A stretch of DNA of 64,000 bases from Clostridia bacterium (GTDB lineage: Bacteria > Bacillota > Clostridia > Christensenellales > CAG-138): NCBI GenBank assembly GCA_035399665.1, contig DAOPJM010000007.1:2309-66308 (forward strand). The letters are read 5' to 3'. The notes below the pieces were generated by a model. That model searched no databases. It worked only from the letters and a program-made list of their open reading frames with translations, and was not told the DNA's origin. The position numbers were made by a program, and so were the translations under genes. Positions 54,198 to 62,497 of the stretch are shown here, in pieces. Each line of letters opens with the position of its first letter. The first letter of the stretch is position 1.

Positions 54198-55180
54198 TGA
54201 ACGGACTTATATCCCTTTTGCAGGCTGCCATCGTCTTTGGCACGGTCATCATGTTCGGCGCGGTGGGTGAAATTATCACCGAGAAATCGGGCAATCTGAA
54301 CCTCGGCGTTCCCGGTATCATGTACCTGGGCGGCATAGCCGGGCTTATCGGGGTGTTCCTCTATGAGTCCTCGACCGCGACCCCCATACCCGTACTGGGC
54401 GTTATCATTGGCTTGCTGTGCGCCTTTGCGGCCTCGGTCTTGGGCGGGCTTATCTACTCGCTGCTCACCATTACCCTAAGGGCGAATCAGAACGTCACAG
54501 GTCTCACCCTGACCATATTCGGCACGGGCTTTGCCAACTTCTTCGGCGGCTCGCTGAACAAGCTTGCGGGCGGCGTCGGTCAGATTTCCGTGGCCGTGAC
54601 CTCGAGCGCATTCCGCGCAAGCATTCCGGGCCTCGCAAGGCTGCCCTATGCAGGAAGTCTCCTGTTCTCATACGGCTTTATGGTCTACCTTGCCATAGTT
54701 GTGGCGGTGCTTGTCTCATGGTTCATCACCCGCACAAGCCTCGGCCTCAACCTTCGCGCCGTCGGCGAAAACCCCGCTACGGCCGACGCCGCTGGCATAA
54801 ACGTCACCGCCTACCGCTACATCGCAACCTGTCTGGGCGCGGGCATTTCAGGCATGGGCGGTCTGTACTATGTCATGGACTACACTAAAGGCACATGGGC
54901 AAACGACGGCGGCATAGCCACCTTGGGCTGGCTTGCTGTCGCGCTGGTCATTTTCGCCACTTGGAAGCCCGTCAGAGCCATCTGGGGTTCATTTCTCTTT
55001 GGCGTACTATTTTGGCTGTACTTCTATGTACCCGGTCTTACAAGGAGTTCGCAGGAGCTGTTTAAGATGCTCCCCTACATCGTAACCATACTGGTTCTCA
55101 TCTTTGTCTCATTGCAGCGCAAGCGCGAGAATCAGCCCCCCGCCGCTCTTGGTCTACCCTACTTCAGAGAGGAACGATAA
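54197..55180 (+). CDS. ABC transporter permease (second subunit)
   Basis: 327 aa, polytopic. The start overlaps the previous stop (TAATG). Confidence 0.8.
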   Translation: MNGLISLLQAAIVFGTVIMFGAVGEIITEKSGNLNLGVPGIMYLGGIAGLIGVFLYESSTATPIPVLGVIIGLLCAFAASVLGGLIYSLLTITLRANQNVTGLTLTIFGTGFANFFGGSLNKLAGGVGQISVAVTSSAFRASIPGLARLPYAGSLLFSYGFMVYLAIVVAVLVSWFITRTSLGLNLRAVGENPATADAAGINVTAYRYIATCLGAGISGMGGLYYVMDYTKGTWANDGGIATLGWLAVALVIFATWKPVRAIWGSFLFGVLFWLYFYVPGLTRSSQELFKMLPYIVTILVLIFVSLQRKRENQPPAALGLPYFREER

Positions 55181-55202
55181 TCGCGGCATGGCAATCCATA
55201 TT

Positions 55203-55234
55203 GGAGCGGTGATCATTCGCCGCTCCTTTCTTTT
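55203..55234 (+). terminator. Rho-independent terminator
   Basis: GGAGCGG / CCGCTCC perfect stem followed by TTTCTTTT. Confidence 0.7.
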
Positions 55235-55278
55235 ACCTCAAATAACAGTGGCTTAACCGTGAAAAGCGACCGTGGGAA

Positions 55279-55307
55279 TTGACAAAGACCTTGGTAATTG
55301 GTATCAT
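55279..55307 (+). promoter_or_regulatory. Promoter TTGACA - 17 nt - TATCAT
   Basis: Hexamers at 55279-55284 and 55302-55307. Confidence 0.55.
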
Positions 55308-55333
55308 ATAGGAAATCGATTCTCGGAGGGATT

Positions 55334-57052
55334 ATGAAAGCTTTCCGCTTGCGCGCCATCGTTGCGCTGCTCCTTTGCTCCTGCTTGCTCTTGGGGTTTG
55401 TCGGGTGTTCGGATTCACTCACCATTTCGCAGGCCAAGTCCATGCTGGGCGTTATTGACGCCGGCAAGTACCACACGGTGGGCATAACCCAAGACGGCTC
55501 CGCGCTTGCCGTAGGCTTCAACAGCGATGGGCAATGCAATGTGTCCGATTGGACGAACCTCGTATTCATCGCGGCGGGTGACGAATTTACACTCGGCGTC
55601 AAGTCTGATGGGAGCGTTCTTGCTGTCGGCAACAACTCCGACGGACAGTGCAACATCAAGGAGTTGAAGAACATCAAGTCGGTCGCGGCTGGCAAGTATC
55701 ACTCTCTTGCCGTGTCCAAGGATGGTATTGCCTATGCTTCCGGCTATAATTCCGACGGACAGCTTGGCGTTTCGTCTTGGAGCGGCATTACGGCGGTGGC
55801 GGCGGGCGCTTACCACAGCGTAGGCTTGAAATCCGACGGCACGGTCGTTGCCTGCGGGTGGAATGAGTACGGACAGACAGACGTCTCCGAATGGATCAAC
55901 GTCGTTGCAATTGCCTGCGGCGATGATTTCACGGTTGGATTGAAGGCCAACGGTACGGTCGTTGCCTGCGGCAAGAACACGAGCGGTCAATGCGACACCT
56001 CCGATTGGCGTGACGTTGTGGCCGTTGCCTGCGGCAGTACCTACACCCTCGCTCTCCTTGATAACGGCACGGTCGTTTCCTGCGGCAGCAACGACAAGGG
56101 GCAGTGCGAAACCTCGTCGTGGCGTAATGTCGCGGCGATAGCGGCGGGCGACAGGCACAGCGCGGCCGTACAGCGCGACGGAAGCGTCCTTGTCTGCGGA
56201 AGCGATGATTCCGAAAGGCTTGACGTCACCGATTGGAAGGATATCACCGCCATTTCCGCCGGCTTTAACCACACCCTGGGACTGACTTTACGCGGCAAGG
56301 TAGTGGCCTGCGGCAGCAACGAGTACGGTCAACTTGATGTTGGCAAGTGGAAGAATGTCAGCGCGATAGCGGCCGGCTATTGGCACAGCGTGGCTCTGCT
56401 TGAGGATGGAACGCTCGAAGCCTGCGGCAGCGACGCGGAGGGACAGCTTGGCGTTGAGTACTGGACGGGCTGCACGGCCATCGCGGCCGGCACGGAACAC
56501 ACCATTGCGCTCAGCGCGGACGGCATGGTCAGAGCCGTAGGTTACAACGATTACAAGCAATGCGACGTTTCGGATTGGAAGGGTGTGCGCTCGATCTTCG
56601 CGGGCTGGGACTACACCGTGGCGATACTCGACAACACCCTTGTTGTCGCTACCGGTTTTGATGAGTTCAATCAATGCTCCGTGGCGAATTGGTCGAAGAT
56701 TCAAGAGGTCGCCTGCGGACTGCATCACACTCTTGGACTGTTAACTGACGGCACTGTCGTGTTCTGCGGCATTAACCGCAACGGCGAAGGTGATATTGGC
56801 GACTGGCAAGGCATTACTTCCATCGCGGTAGGCAGCACGCACTCCGTGGGTCTGAAGGCTGACGGAACTGTGGTCGCAGTTGGCGACAACAGCTACAATC
56901 AATGCGACGTCTCGGACTGGACCGACATAGTCGCAATTGCCTGCGGTTACTGGCACACCGTGGGATTGAAATCCGATGGCACGGTGGTCGCCTGCGGAGA
57001 CTACAACTTCGGCCAGTTCGACATCGACAGCTGGCAGCTCAAGGGTCTGTAA
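55334..57052 (+). CDS. Lipoprotein made of 14 short RCC1-like beta-propeller blades
   Basis: ATG 55334 (GGAGGG RBS). Signal peptide plus lipobox LLGFVGC. It then has 13 complete 38-aa units of the type DGTVVACG-N--GQCDVSDW--VVAIACG--HTVGLK-, plus a split unit (13 aa at the N-terminus, 25 aa at the C-terminus). Confidence 0.8.
   Translation: MKAFRLRAIVALLLCSCLLLGFVGCSDSLTISQAKSMLGVIDAGKYHTVGITQDGSALAVGFNSDGQCNVSDWTNLVFIAAGDEFTLGVKSDGSVLAVGNNSDGQCNIKELKNIKSVAAGKYHSLAVSKDGIAYASGYNSDGQLGVSSWSGITAVAAGAYHSVGLKSDGTVVACGWNEYGQTDVSEWINVVAIACGDDFTVGLKANGTVVACGKNTSGQCDTSDWRDVVAVACGSTYTLALLDNGTVVSCGSNDKGQCETSSWRNVAAIAAGDRHSAAVQRDGSVLVCGSDDSERLDVTDWKDITAISAGFNHTLGLTLRGKVVACGSNEYGQLDVGKWKNVSAIAAGYWHSVALLEDGTLEACGSDAEGQLGVEYWTGCTAIAAGTEHTIALSADGMVRAVGYNDYKQCDVSDWKGVRSIFAGWDYTVAILDNTLVVATGFDEFNQCSVANWSKIQEVACGLHHTLGLLTDGTVVFCGINRNGEGDIGDWQGITSIAVGSTHSVGLKADGTVVAVGDNSYNQCDVSDWTDIVAIACGYWHTVGLKSDGTVVACGDYNFGQFDIDSWQLKGL
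55454..57049 (+). repeat. Tandem 114-bp coding repeat, about 14 diverged copies with no indels
   Basis: The period was verified by counting each 38-residue unit in the translation. Confidence 0.85.
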
Positions 57053-57080
57053 GAATTCTGATAATCATTGACAGCTATTA

Positions 57081-57112
57081 AAAGAGGGCGGATTCTTTCC
57101 GTCCTCTTTTGT
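57081..57112. terminator. Bidirectional Rho-independent terminator between convergent genes
   Basis: AAAGAGGGCGGA ttctt TCCGTCCTCTTT, with an A-run upstream and a T-run downstream. Confidence 0.7.
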
Positions 57113-57129
57113 ATGAACTTCAGTCTTGT

Positions 57130-57306
57130 TCAGTCGTCCATCTTATGGGTGTAGGAACCGCAAAGGCTTTCGTTGGCCTCTCCGGAGTTACAGTTGCACG
57201 CGGGGCGAACCTCGATGCGGTTGAGATCACAGTCGGTGCCGCGGCAGTTGTACTTACAGCTCGTCACTTGGCATCCTACCGTCTGCTTACCGCTCTTGCT
57301 GTCCAT
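57130..57306 (-). CDS. DUF1540-like small Cys-rich protein (58 aa)
   Basis: Below the ORF-track cutoff. My translation is MDSKSGKQTVGCQVTSCKYNCRGTDCDLNRIEVRPACNCNSGEANESLCGSYTHKMDD, with an AAAAGGAGGA RBS. Confidence 0.6.
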   Translation of the reverse strand: MDSKSGKQTVGCQVTSCKYNCRGTDCDLNRIEVRPACNCNSGEANESLCGSYTHKMDD

Positions 57307-57364
57307 TATGCGTCCTCCTTTTCCATGGAATAACGCTATTATGCGCCGAGCGTCAAGCTTTTAT

Positions 57365-58675
57365 TCATTCCTGTTTGTCGCGTATCTCGTGATTTTGCTT
57401 GATTTTTGCTTCCTGTCCCATCTCGGACGGGAGGTAATACTTCTTGCCTACAAGCTCTGTCGGCATATACTGCTGCCTGACCCAATGTCCGGGGTAATCA
57501 TGCGGATACTTGTAATCCACACAATGTCCGAGCTTCTCTGCGCCCTTGTATGAGGCGTCACGCAGATGAATCGGCACCGGCTCGCTAATTCCGCCCTTTT
57601 CCGTGTCCGAGAAAACTCCGTCAAGTGCCATAACCACGCTGTTGGACTTCGGGGATTCACAGATGTAGATTATCGCCTGTGACAAAGAGAGCCGTGCCTC
57701 CGGCATGCCGATAAGCTCAAGCGCCTGCGCCGCCGCAACCGCCTGCTGCATCGCCATCGGGTTGGCAAGTCCCACATCCTCACTCGCATGGGCAATTAGC
57801 CGTCTTGCGATTATCCTTGGATCACAGCCCGCGTATATGAGCCTTGCGAACCAGCTCAGCGCGGCGTCGGCGTCGCCGCCCCTTAAGCTCTTGCAGAACG
57901 CGGAAAGCATATCGTAGAAAAGCTGATCATCCAATGCTACAACCTTGCGCTGCCCGGACTCGGCGGCGACCTCGGCGGTTATGTGCGTTACGCCGTCAGT
58001 CTCGGGCGTGGTCAAAACAGCAAGCTCCAACGCGTTCAACGCGTTTCTGCAATCTCCGTTGGAAAGGTTGACAAGTATGTCCATCGCGGACTCATCGACA
58101 ACGATGTTTCGCTTGCCGTAGCCGCGCTCCTCATCATGCAGCGCGTTAGTTATGGCTTTTCTTATGTCCTCAGTCTTTAGGGGGTAGAACTGAAAGAGAC
58201 GGCATCTGCTGACAACGGCGCCCGTCATAGACACCATGGGGTTTTCAGTAGTCGAGCCTATGAACCTTATCGTACCGTTCTCAAGGGCCGGCAAAAGGCT
58301 GTCGCTCTGCGCCTTTGACCACCTGTGACATTCGTCAAGCAGAAGGTATGTGGGCTTGTTGAACATCCTAAGGTCATCGGAAGCCTTGGCGACTATGGCG
58401 CGAAGCTCCTTAACTCCCGCGCTTACGGCGTTGATTTTCACGAAGTTGGCGCCCGTGCTCATAGCGATTATGTTGGCAAGCGTCGTCTTCCCCGTCCCCG
58501 GTGGGCCGAAGAAGATGGAAGATTGCAGGCTGTCCGTCATTATGGCGCGCCGTAGAAGCCGCCCCTTGCCTACAATATGCTCCTGCCCTACAAACTCGTC
58601 CAAGGTTCTTGGACGCATCCTGTCCGCAAGCGGATTTTTAGCCGAAATATCGCTGTCAAACAAATCTTTTTTCAT
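57365..58675 (-). CDS. rarA: Replication-associated recombination protein A (AAA+ ATPase RarA/MgsA)
   Basis: Walker A GPPGTGKTT and the MgsA C-terminal region. Start moved to ATG 58675 (MKKDLFD..., 436 aa) because the ORF-track start at 58810 overlaps typA. Confidence 0.88.
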   Translation of the reverse strand: MKKDLFDSDISAKNPLADRMRPRTLDEFVGQEHIVGKGRLLRRAIMTDSLQSSIFFGPPGTGKTTLANIIAMSTGANFVKINAVSAGVKELRAIVAKASDDLRMFNKPTYLLLDECHRWSKAQSDSLLPALENGTIRFIGSTTENPMVSMTGAVVSRCRLFQFYPLKTEDIRKAITNALHDEERGYGKRNIVVDESAMDILVNLSNGDCRNALNALELAVLTTPETDGVTHITAEVAAESGQRKVVALDDQLFYDMLSAFCKSLRGGDADAALSWFARLIYAGCDPRIIARRLIAHASEDVGLANPMAMQQAVAAAQALELIGMPEARLSLSQAIIYICESPKSNSVVMALDGVFSDTEKGGISEPVPIHLRDASYKGAEKLGHCVDYKYPHDYPGHWVRQQYMPTELVGKKYYLPSEMGQEAKIKQNHEIRDKQE

Positions 58676-58768
58676 GTTTTTTATTGTAGCATACTTGCGC
58701 ACAAAAGAAAAGTAGTGTATAATTGAAAAGTTTTTGAAACGAACTTTATTTATGGAACGGACAGGAAA

Positions 58769-60604
58769 ATGAACATTAGAAACGTTGCTATTATCGCTCA
58801 CGTCGATCACGGCAAGACAACCTTGGTCGATCAGCTCCTAAAGGACGCAGGCGTACTGCGCCGCAGTGAAGTCGGCGTAGACCGCATCATGGACTCCAAC
58901 GACTTAGAGCGGGAGCGAGGCATTACCATACTCTCCAAGAACACCGCCGTGCAGTACGGCGACACGCGAATCAACATCGTTGACACTCCGGGACACGCCG
59001 ATTTCGGCGGTGAGGTCGAGCGCATTCTTCAGATGGTGGATGGCGTACTGCTGTTGATTGACGCCTTTGAAGGCTGTATGCCGCAAACGCGCTTTGTTTT
59101 GCGCAAGGCTCTTGAGCTGAACAAGATCCCCATAGTCGTTGTCAACAAGGTAGATCGTCCCGACGCGAGACCTGACGAGGTCGTAGATGAAGCGCTGGAG
59201 CTTTTCATCGAGCTTGGAGCTTCCGCCGATCAGCTTGACTTCCCCATCGTCTACGCCTCCGCACGCGATGGCAGAAGCGGGTTCTCCCCTGACAAGCTTG
59301 AAAACAGCATGAAGCCGCTGTTTGACACCATAGTCAAGACAATCCCGCAGCCCGCGTCCGACTATGACGCGCCCTTGCAGATACTGTTCTCAACCTTCGA
59401 CTATGATGAGTATGTCGGCAAGCTCGGTATCGGCAGGATTGAGCGCGGCACGGCCAGTAAGGGTCAGCCGATAGTCCTCTGCGGCGGTACGAACAACAAG
59501 CTTAGAAACACCAAGATTACCCGTCTTTACAACTTCGAGGGCTTACAGCGTCAAGAGGTCGAAGTGGCTTACGCAGGCGACATAGTATGCGTCGCAGGCG
59601 TGGACGAGCTGAACGTAGGCGACACCGCCTGTGATCCGCTGTGCGTCGAGCCAATGCCCTTTGTGTCCATCGATGAGCCGACCGTATCCATGCTGTTCAT
59701 GGTCAATGACAGCCCATTCGCGGGTCAGGAAGGCAAATATGTGACAAGCCGCAACCTGCGTGATCGCCTCTTTAAGGAGGTTCAGACGAACGTTTCCATG
59801 CGCATTGAGGAGACAGGCGCCACCGACACCTTCAGGGTCAGCGGACGAGGCGAGCTGCATCTTTCCATACTGATTGAAACCATGCGCAGAGAGGGCTTTG
59901 AATTTGCAGTATCCCGTCCCAAGGTTATCATGAAAAAGAACGCCGAGGGACAGCTTTTGGAGCCTGTCGAGGAACTGACCATTGACGTTCCTTCCGAGTA
60001 CACGGGCGCTATCATGGAAAAGTTAGGGCGCCGCAAGGCCGAAATGACCGACATGACGCCGCAGGGCGAAAGCAGTATGCGCTTGAAATTCCTCATTCCC
60101 GCAAGAGGTTTGATGGGCTATCGAAGCGAGCTAATGACCGACACACGCGGCAACGGCGTCATGAATCACATCTTCGACAGCTATCAGCCCTACAAGGGCT
60201 TCATCAGTGAGCGCAAGACCGGCAGCCTCGTGGCTCACGAGACGGGCGACACCTCCAGCTACGGTCTGTTCAATACTCAGGACAGGGGCAGAATGTTTGT
60301 TGGCCCCGGCATACCCGTATATGAGGGTGAGATTGTGGGCGAATGCAGCCGCGCTGAGGACATAGTCGTCAACGTCTGTAAGAAGAAGCACATCACCAAC
60401 ATGCGCGCTTCCGGTTCGGACGAGGCCTTGAGGCTCACCCCCTACACCACCTTCACGCTTGAGCAGTGCCTTGAGTTCATCGCTGACGACGAGCTTGTCG
60501 AGGTCACCCCAAAGAGCATCCGTATGCGCAAGCGCATACTCCACAAGGAGCAGCGCATGAAGCTTGCGGCGAAGGTCAATATCGAACAGCCCGATTCGCT
60601 GTAA
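58769..60604 (+). CDS. typA: Translational GTPase TypA/BipA
   Basis: 611 aa. [21 protein letters not shown]. Confidence 0.92.
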   Translation: MNIRNVAIIAHVDHGKTTLVDQLLKDAGVLRRSEVGVDRIMDSNDLERERGITILSKNTAVQYGDTRINIVDTPGHADFGGEVERILQMVDGVLLLIDAFEGCMPQTRFVLRKALELNKIPIVVVNKVDRPDARPDEVVDEALELFIELGASADQLDFPIVYASARDGRSGFSPDKLENSMKPLFDTIVKTIPQPASDYDAPLQILFSTFDYDEYVGKLGIGRIERGTASKGQPIVLCGGTNNKLRNTKITRLYNFEGLQRQEVEVAYAGDIVCVAGVDELNVGDTACDPLCVEPMPFVSIDEPTVSMLFMVNDSPFAGQEGKYVTSRNLRDRLFKEVQTNVSMRIEETGATDTFRVSGRGELHLSILIETMRREGFEFAVSRPKVIMKKNAEGQLLEPVEELTIDVPSEYTGAIMEKLGRRKAEMTDMTPQGESSMRLKFLIPARGLMGYRSELMTDTRGNGVMNHIFDSYQPYKGFISERKTGSLVAHETGDTSSYGLFNTQDRGRMFVGPGIPVYEGEIVGECSRAEDIVVNVCKKKHITNMRASGSDEALRLTPYTTFTLEQCLEFIADDELVEVTPKSIRMRKRILHKEQRMKLAAKVNIEQPDSL

Positions 60605-60623
60605 TTGTAATTACTGATGAACT

Positions 60624-60658
60624 AAAGCCCCGAGACGCTGAGCGCTTCGGGGCTTTGT
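60624..60658. terminator. Bidirectional Rho-independent terminator
   Basis: AAAGCCCCGA (60624-60633) pairs with TCGGGGCTTT (60647-60656). Confidence 0.7.
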
Positions 60659-60701
60659 CATATCTGTCGGGGGTCGCGGCAGGCAGAGTGTGGCTTTCTT
60701 T

Positions 60702-61703
60702 TCAGCTTGTGGGAGTGCTGTCGAATGCAAGCTTCACAGCGTTAAGCTGCTGTGACATGCCCTCCGCCACGGCCTTGGGACGCAGTATTGTAACAAGTCC
60801 GTCCAGTCCGAACAGCCAGCCGTAGAACTGTCTGCTTACTATGACCTTGACGTGGGCTATGAAATGTTCTTCGTCATATCGGATGAGGGACGTATCTATT
60901 CCGAAACGGTCTATGATGACATTGGCCATGGAGTTGTCGCAGAGCAGCGTTACAAGGTCCTCGTTTCCGCCGTACATGGAGAACACCCTCTCCGTATACG
61001 CGTCGATGTCCATGGTCATGAACACCTTCCTGCCCTCCCTTGACGACTTCTCAACGCGTATGTCAAACATCTTGTCAACGCGAAAATGCTTGATCATCAA
61101 AGCTTCGGAATCGTAGGCCACAAGATAGTACTTCTCGTTGTCATACAGCAAGGCATAAGGGCTGACCTTGTAGCGCTTGCCATCGTGACGAAAGACCTTC
61201 AGCTTCTCTCGATTGTAATCGAAATACAGGAAACTTATCGCTTTATCCTGGTTGATTGCGATATGCAGCTTATCCACATTATAGTAAATGCTCTCGTTCA
61301 TGTTCTTGACTCTGTTTTGAACATGAACCTGACGCTCCAATGACTTGGCCTCGGAATTGCTGACAAACCTTGTCAGCTTTTGTTGAAGATCCGCTGTCTT
61401 TTTGCCGGTCAAAAAGCGCGATGCGGAAACACAGTCCATCAGCAGCTTGACTTCAGGTATCTCAAACTCGCGCTCGCCAATGAAGTAACCCGCGTTGCGG
61501 CCTCTGCTTGAATGAACGTCTACACCAAACTCGATAAGGGCATTTATGCCCTCGCGCACCGTGCGCCTTGAAAAGCTTACCCCCTGCTGTTCCATCTCTG
61601 CTAAAATCCTATGCATCGATACCGGATGATTCTCATCACTATTATCGTGCAGGAACCGATGAAGGTACAACAGCTTTCCCATCTGTTTCGTATTTGCCTG
61701 CAT
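60702..61703 (-). CDS. HTH plus WYL-domain transcriptional regulator
   Basis: 333 aa. N-terminal winged HTH (HPVSMHRILAEMEQQGVSFSRRTVREGINAL), a central WYL-type beta-region (YKVSPYALLYDNEKYYLVAY) and a C-terminal WCX-like extension. Confidence 0.75.
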   Translation of the reverse strand: MQANTKQMGKLLYLHRFLHDNSDENHPVSMHRILAEMEQQGVSFSRRTVREGINALIEFGVDVHSSRGRNAGYFIGEREFEIPEVKLLMDCVSASRFLTGKKTADLQQKLTRFVSNSEAKSLERQVHVQNRVKNMNESIYYNVDKLHIAINQDKAISFLYFDYNREKLKVFRHDGKRYKVSPYALLYDNEKYYLVAYDSEALMIKHFRVDKMFDIRVEKSSREGRKVFMTMDIDAYTERVFSMYGGNEDLVTLLCDNSMANVIIDRFGIDTSLIRYDEEHFIAHVKVIVSRQFYGWLFGLDGLVTILRPKAVAEGMSQQLNAVKLAFDSTPTS

Positions 61704-61746
61704 ACCTCTTACCTCTATTTTTTTACATTATAACACATTATTTCTT

Positions 61747-61770
61747 AATTGAAAATGCCCATTTTCAATT
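61747..61770 (-). promoter_or_regulatory. 24-bp palindrome AATTGAAAATG-cc-CATTTTCAATT overlapping the -35 of the WYL-regulator promoter
   Basis: Perfect 11-bp arms. On the minus strand, TTTTCA (61755-61750) - 17 nt - TGtTATAAT (-10 at 61732-61727). Confidence 0.55.
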
Positions 61771-61832
61771 TTATTTAAGGAATTTGTACTGAATTCATAC
61801 CAATTAAGCAGATATTTATCCAAAATATCAAT

Positions 61833-61863
61833 AAAGGACGGGAGGCTTTACCTTCCGTCCTTT
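61833..61863 (-). terminator. Rho-independent terminator after hsp20
   Basis: AAAGGACGGGAGG cttta CCTTCCGTCCTTT, with a T-rich tail on the minus strand. Confidence 0.7.
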
Positions 61864-61877
61864 ATAAATAACGATAT

Positions 61878-62318
61878 TTACTTGACCTCTACCCTCTTAG
61901 GCTGAGCTGTTAATTCCTTCTTCTTCGGAAGCGTCAGCTTCAATACGCCGTCGGTGTAGGAAGCTTCAATGGCTTCGGCGTCAATCTCAGAGATGTTAAA
62001 CGAGCGCACGAAGCTGCCATAGGAACGTTCGCAGCGCAGATAACCGTTCTTCTTCTCCTTCTGCTCAAATTCGGAATGACGCTCCGCGGTGACCGTCATG
62101 TAGTCGCCCTCAACGTCAATGTGAATGTCCTCCTTCTTGAACCCCGGCAGATCCGCCTCAATCGTGTAACTGTCGCCGTTGTCGCGGATATCGGTGCGAA
62201 ACTCCGCAAGGGAGCTGCCACCGAACATGGCCCTTTCGAAAGCGTCCATCTCATGGAACGGGTTGTAAACGGAGTCGTTGTTGTGGCTCTTATTGTCATA
62301 CGGAATCAGTCTAATCAT
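61878..62318 (-). CDS. Hsp20/alpha-crystallin small heat-shock protein
   Basis: Alpha-crystallin domain (DLPGFKKEDIHIDVEGDYMTVTAE...GVLKLTLPK). Start taken as ATG 62318 (GGAGG 8 nt upstream), because the ORF-track TTG at 62333 overlaps the SD. Confidence 0.88.
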   Translation of the reverse strand: MIRLIPYDNKSHNNDSVYNPFHEMDAFERAMFGGSSLAEFRTDIRDNGDSYTIEADLPGFKKEDIHIDVEGDYMTVTAERHSEFEQKEKKNGYLRCERSYGSFVRSFNISEIDAEAIEASYTDGVLKLTLPKKKELTAQPKRVEVK

Positions 62319-62470
62319 GGTAGTGACCTCCAATTTTCGATTTCAAGATTGTCGTCCAAGCTGTCCTTGGGGTTTCCCCCGCGTCCTTGCAGGCTCTTTC
62401 TTGATTGCAAATGTATCATAGCATGGGATCTTTACAGAAAAAGGGTGAAATTGTAATCCAATTGTGAAAC

Positions 62471-62497
62471 TTAGCACTCTATTCCTTGGAGTGCTAA
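62471..62497 (-). promoter_or_regulatory. CIRCE element (HrcA operator), perfect consensus TTAGCACTC-N9-GAGTGCTAA
   Basis: Read directly: TTAGCACTC (62471-62479), tattccttg, GAGTGCTAA (62489-62497). It is about 150 nt upstream of hsp20 and overlaps the stop codon of the upstream gene. Confidence 0.85.

Noticed and set aside
55415-56272. 285-aa antisense ORF (and others at 56288-56728 and 56741-56956) inside the RCC1-repeat gene.
   Set aside because: They sit opposite a confidently called repeat gene. The periodic GC-rich codon structure keeps the reverse frame open, there is no RBS or promoter, and the translation is low-complexity.
62334-62470. Possible RNA thermometer in the hsp20 leader (GGGG-aaa-CCCC and CCAAG-gaca-CTTGG hairpins; AATTGGA repeated at the SD).
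   Set aside because: I found no anti-SD segment able to pair with the GGAGG, and the hairpins are short. The idea is kept only as a note within the CIRCE finding.
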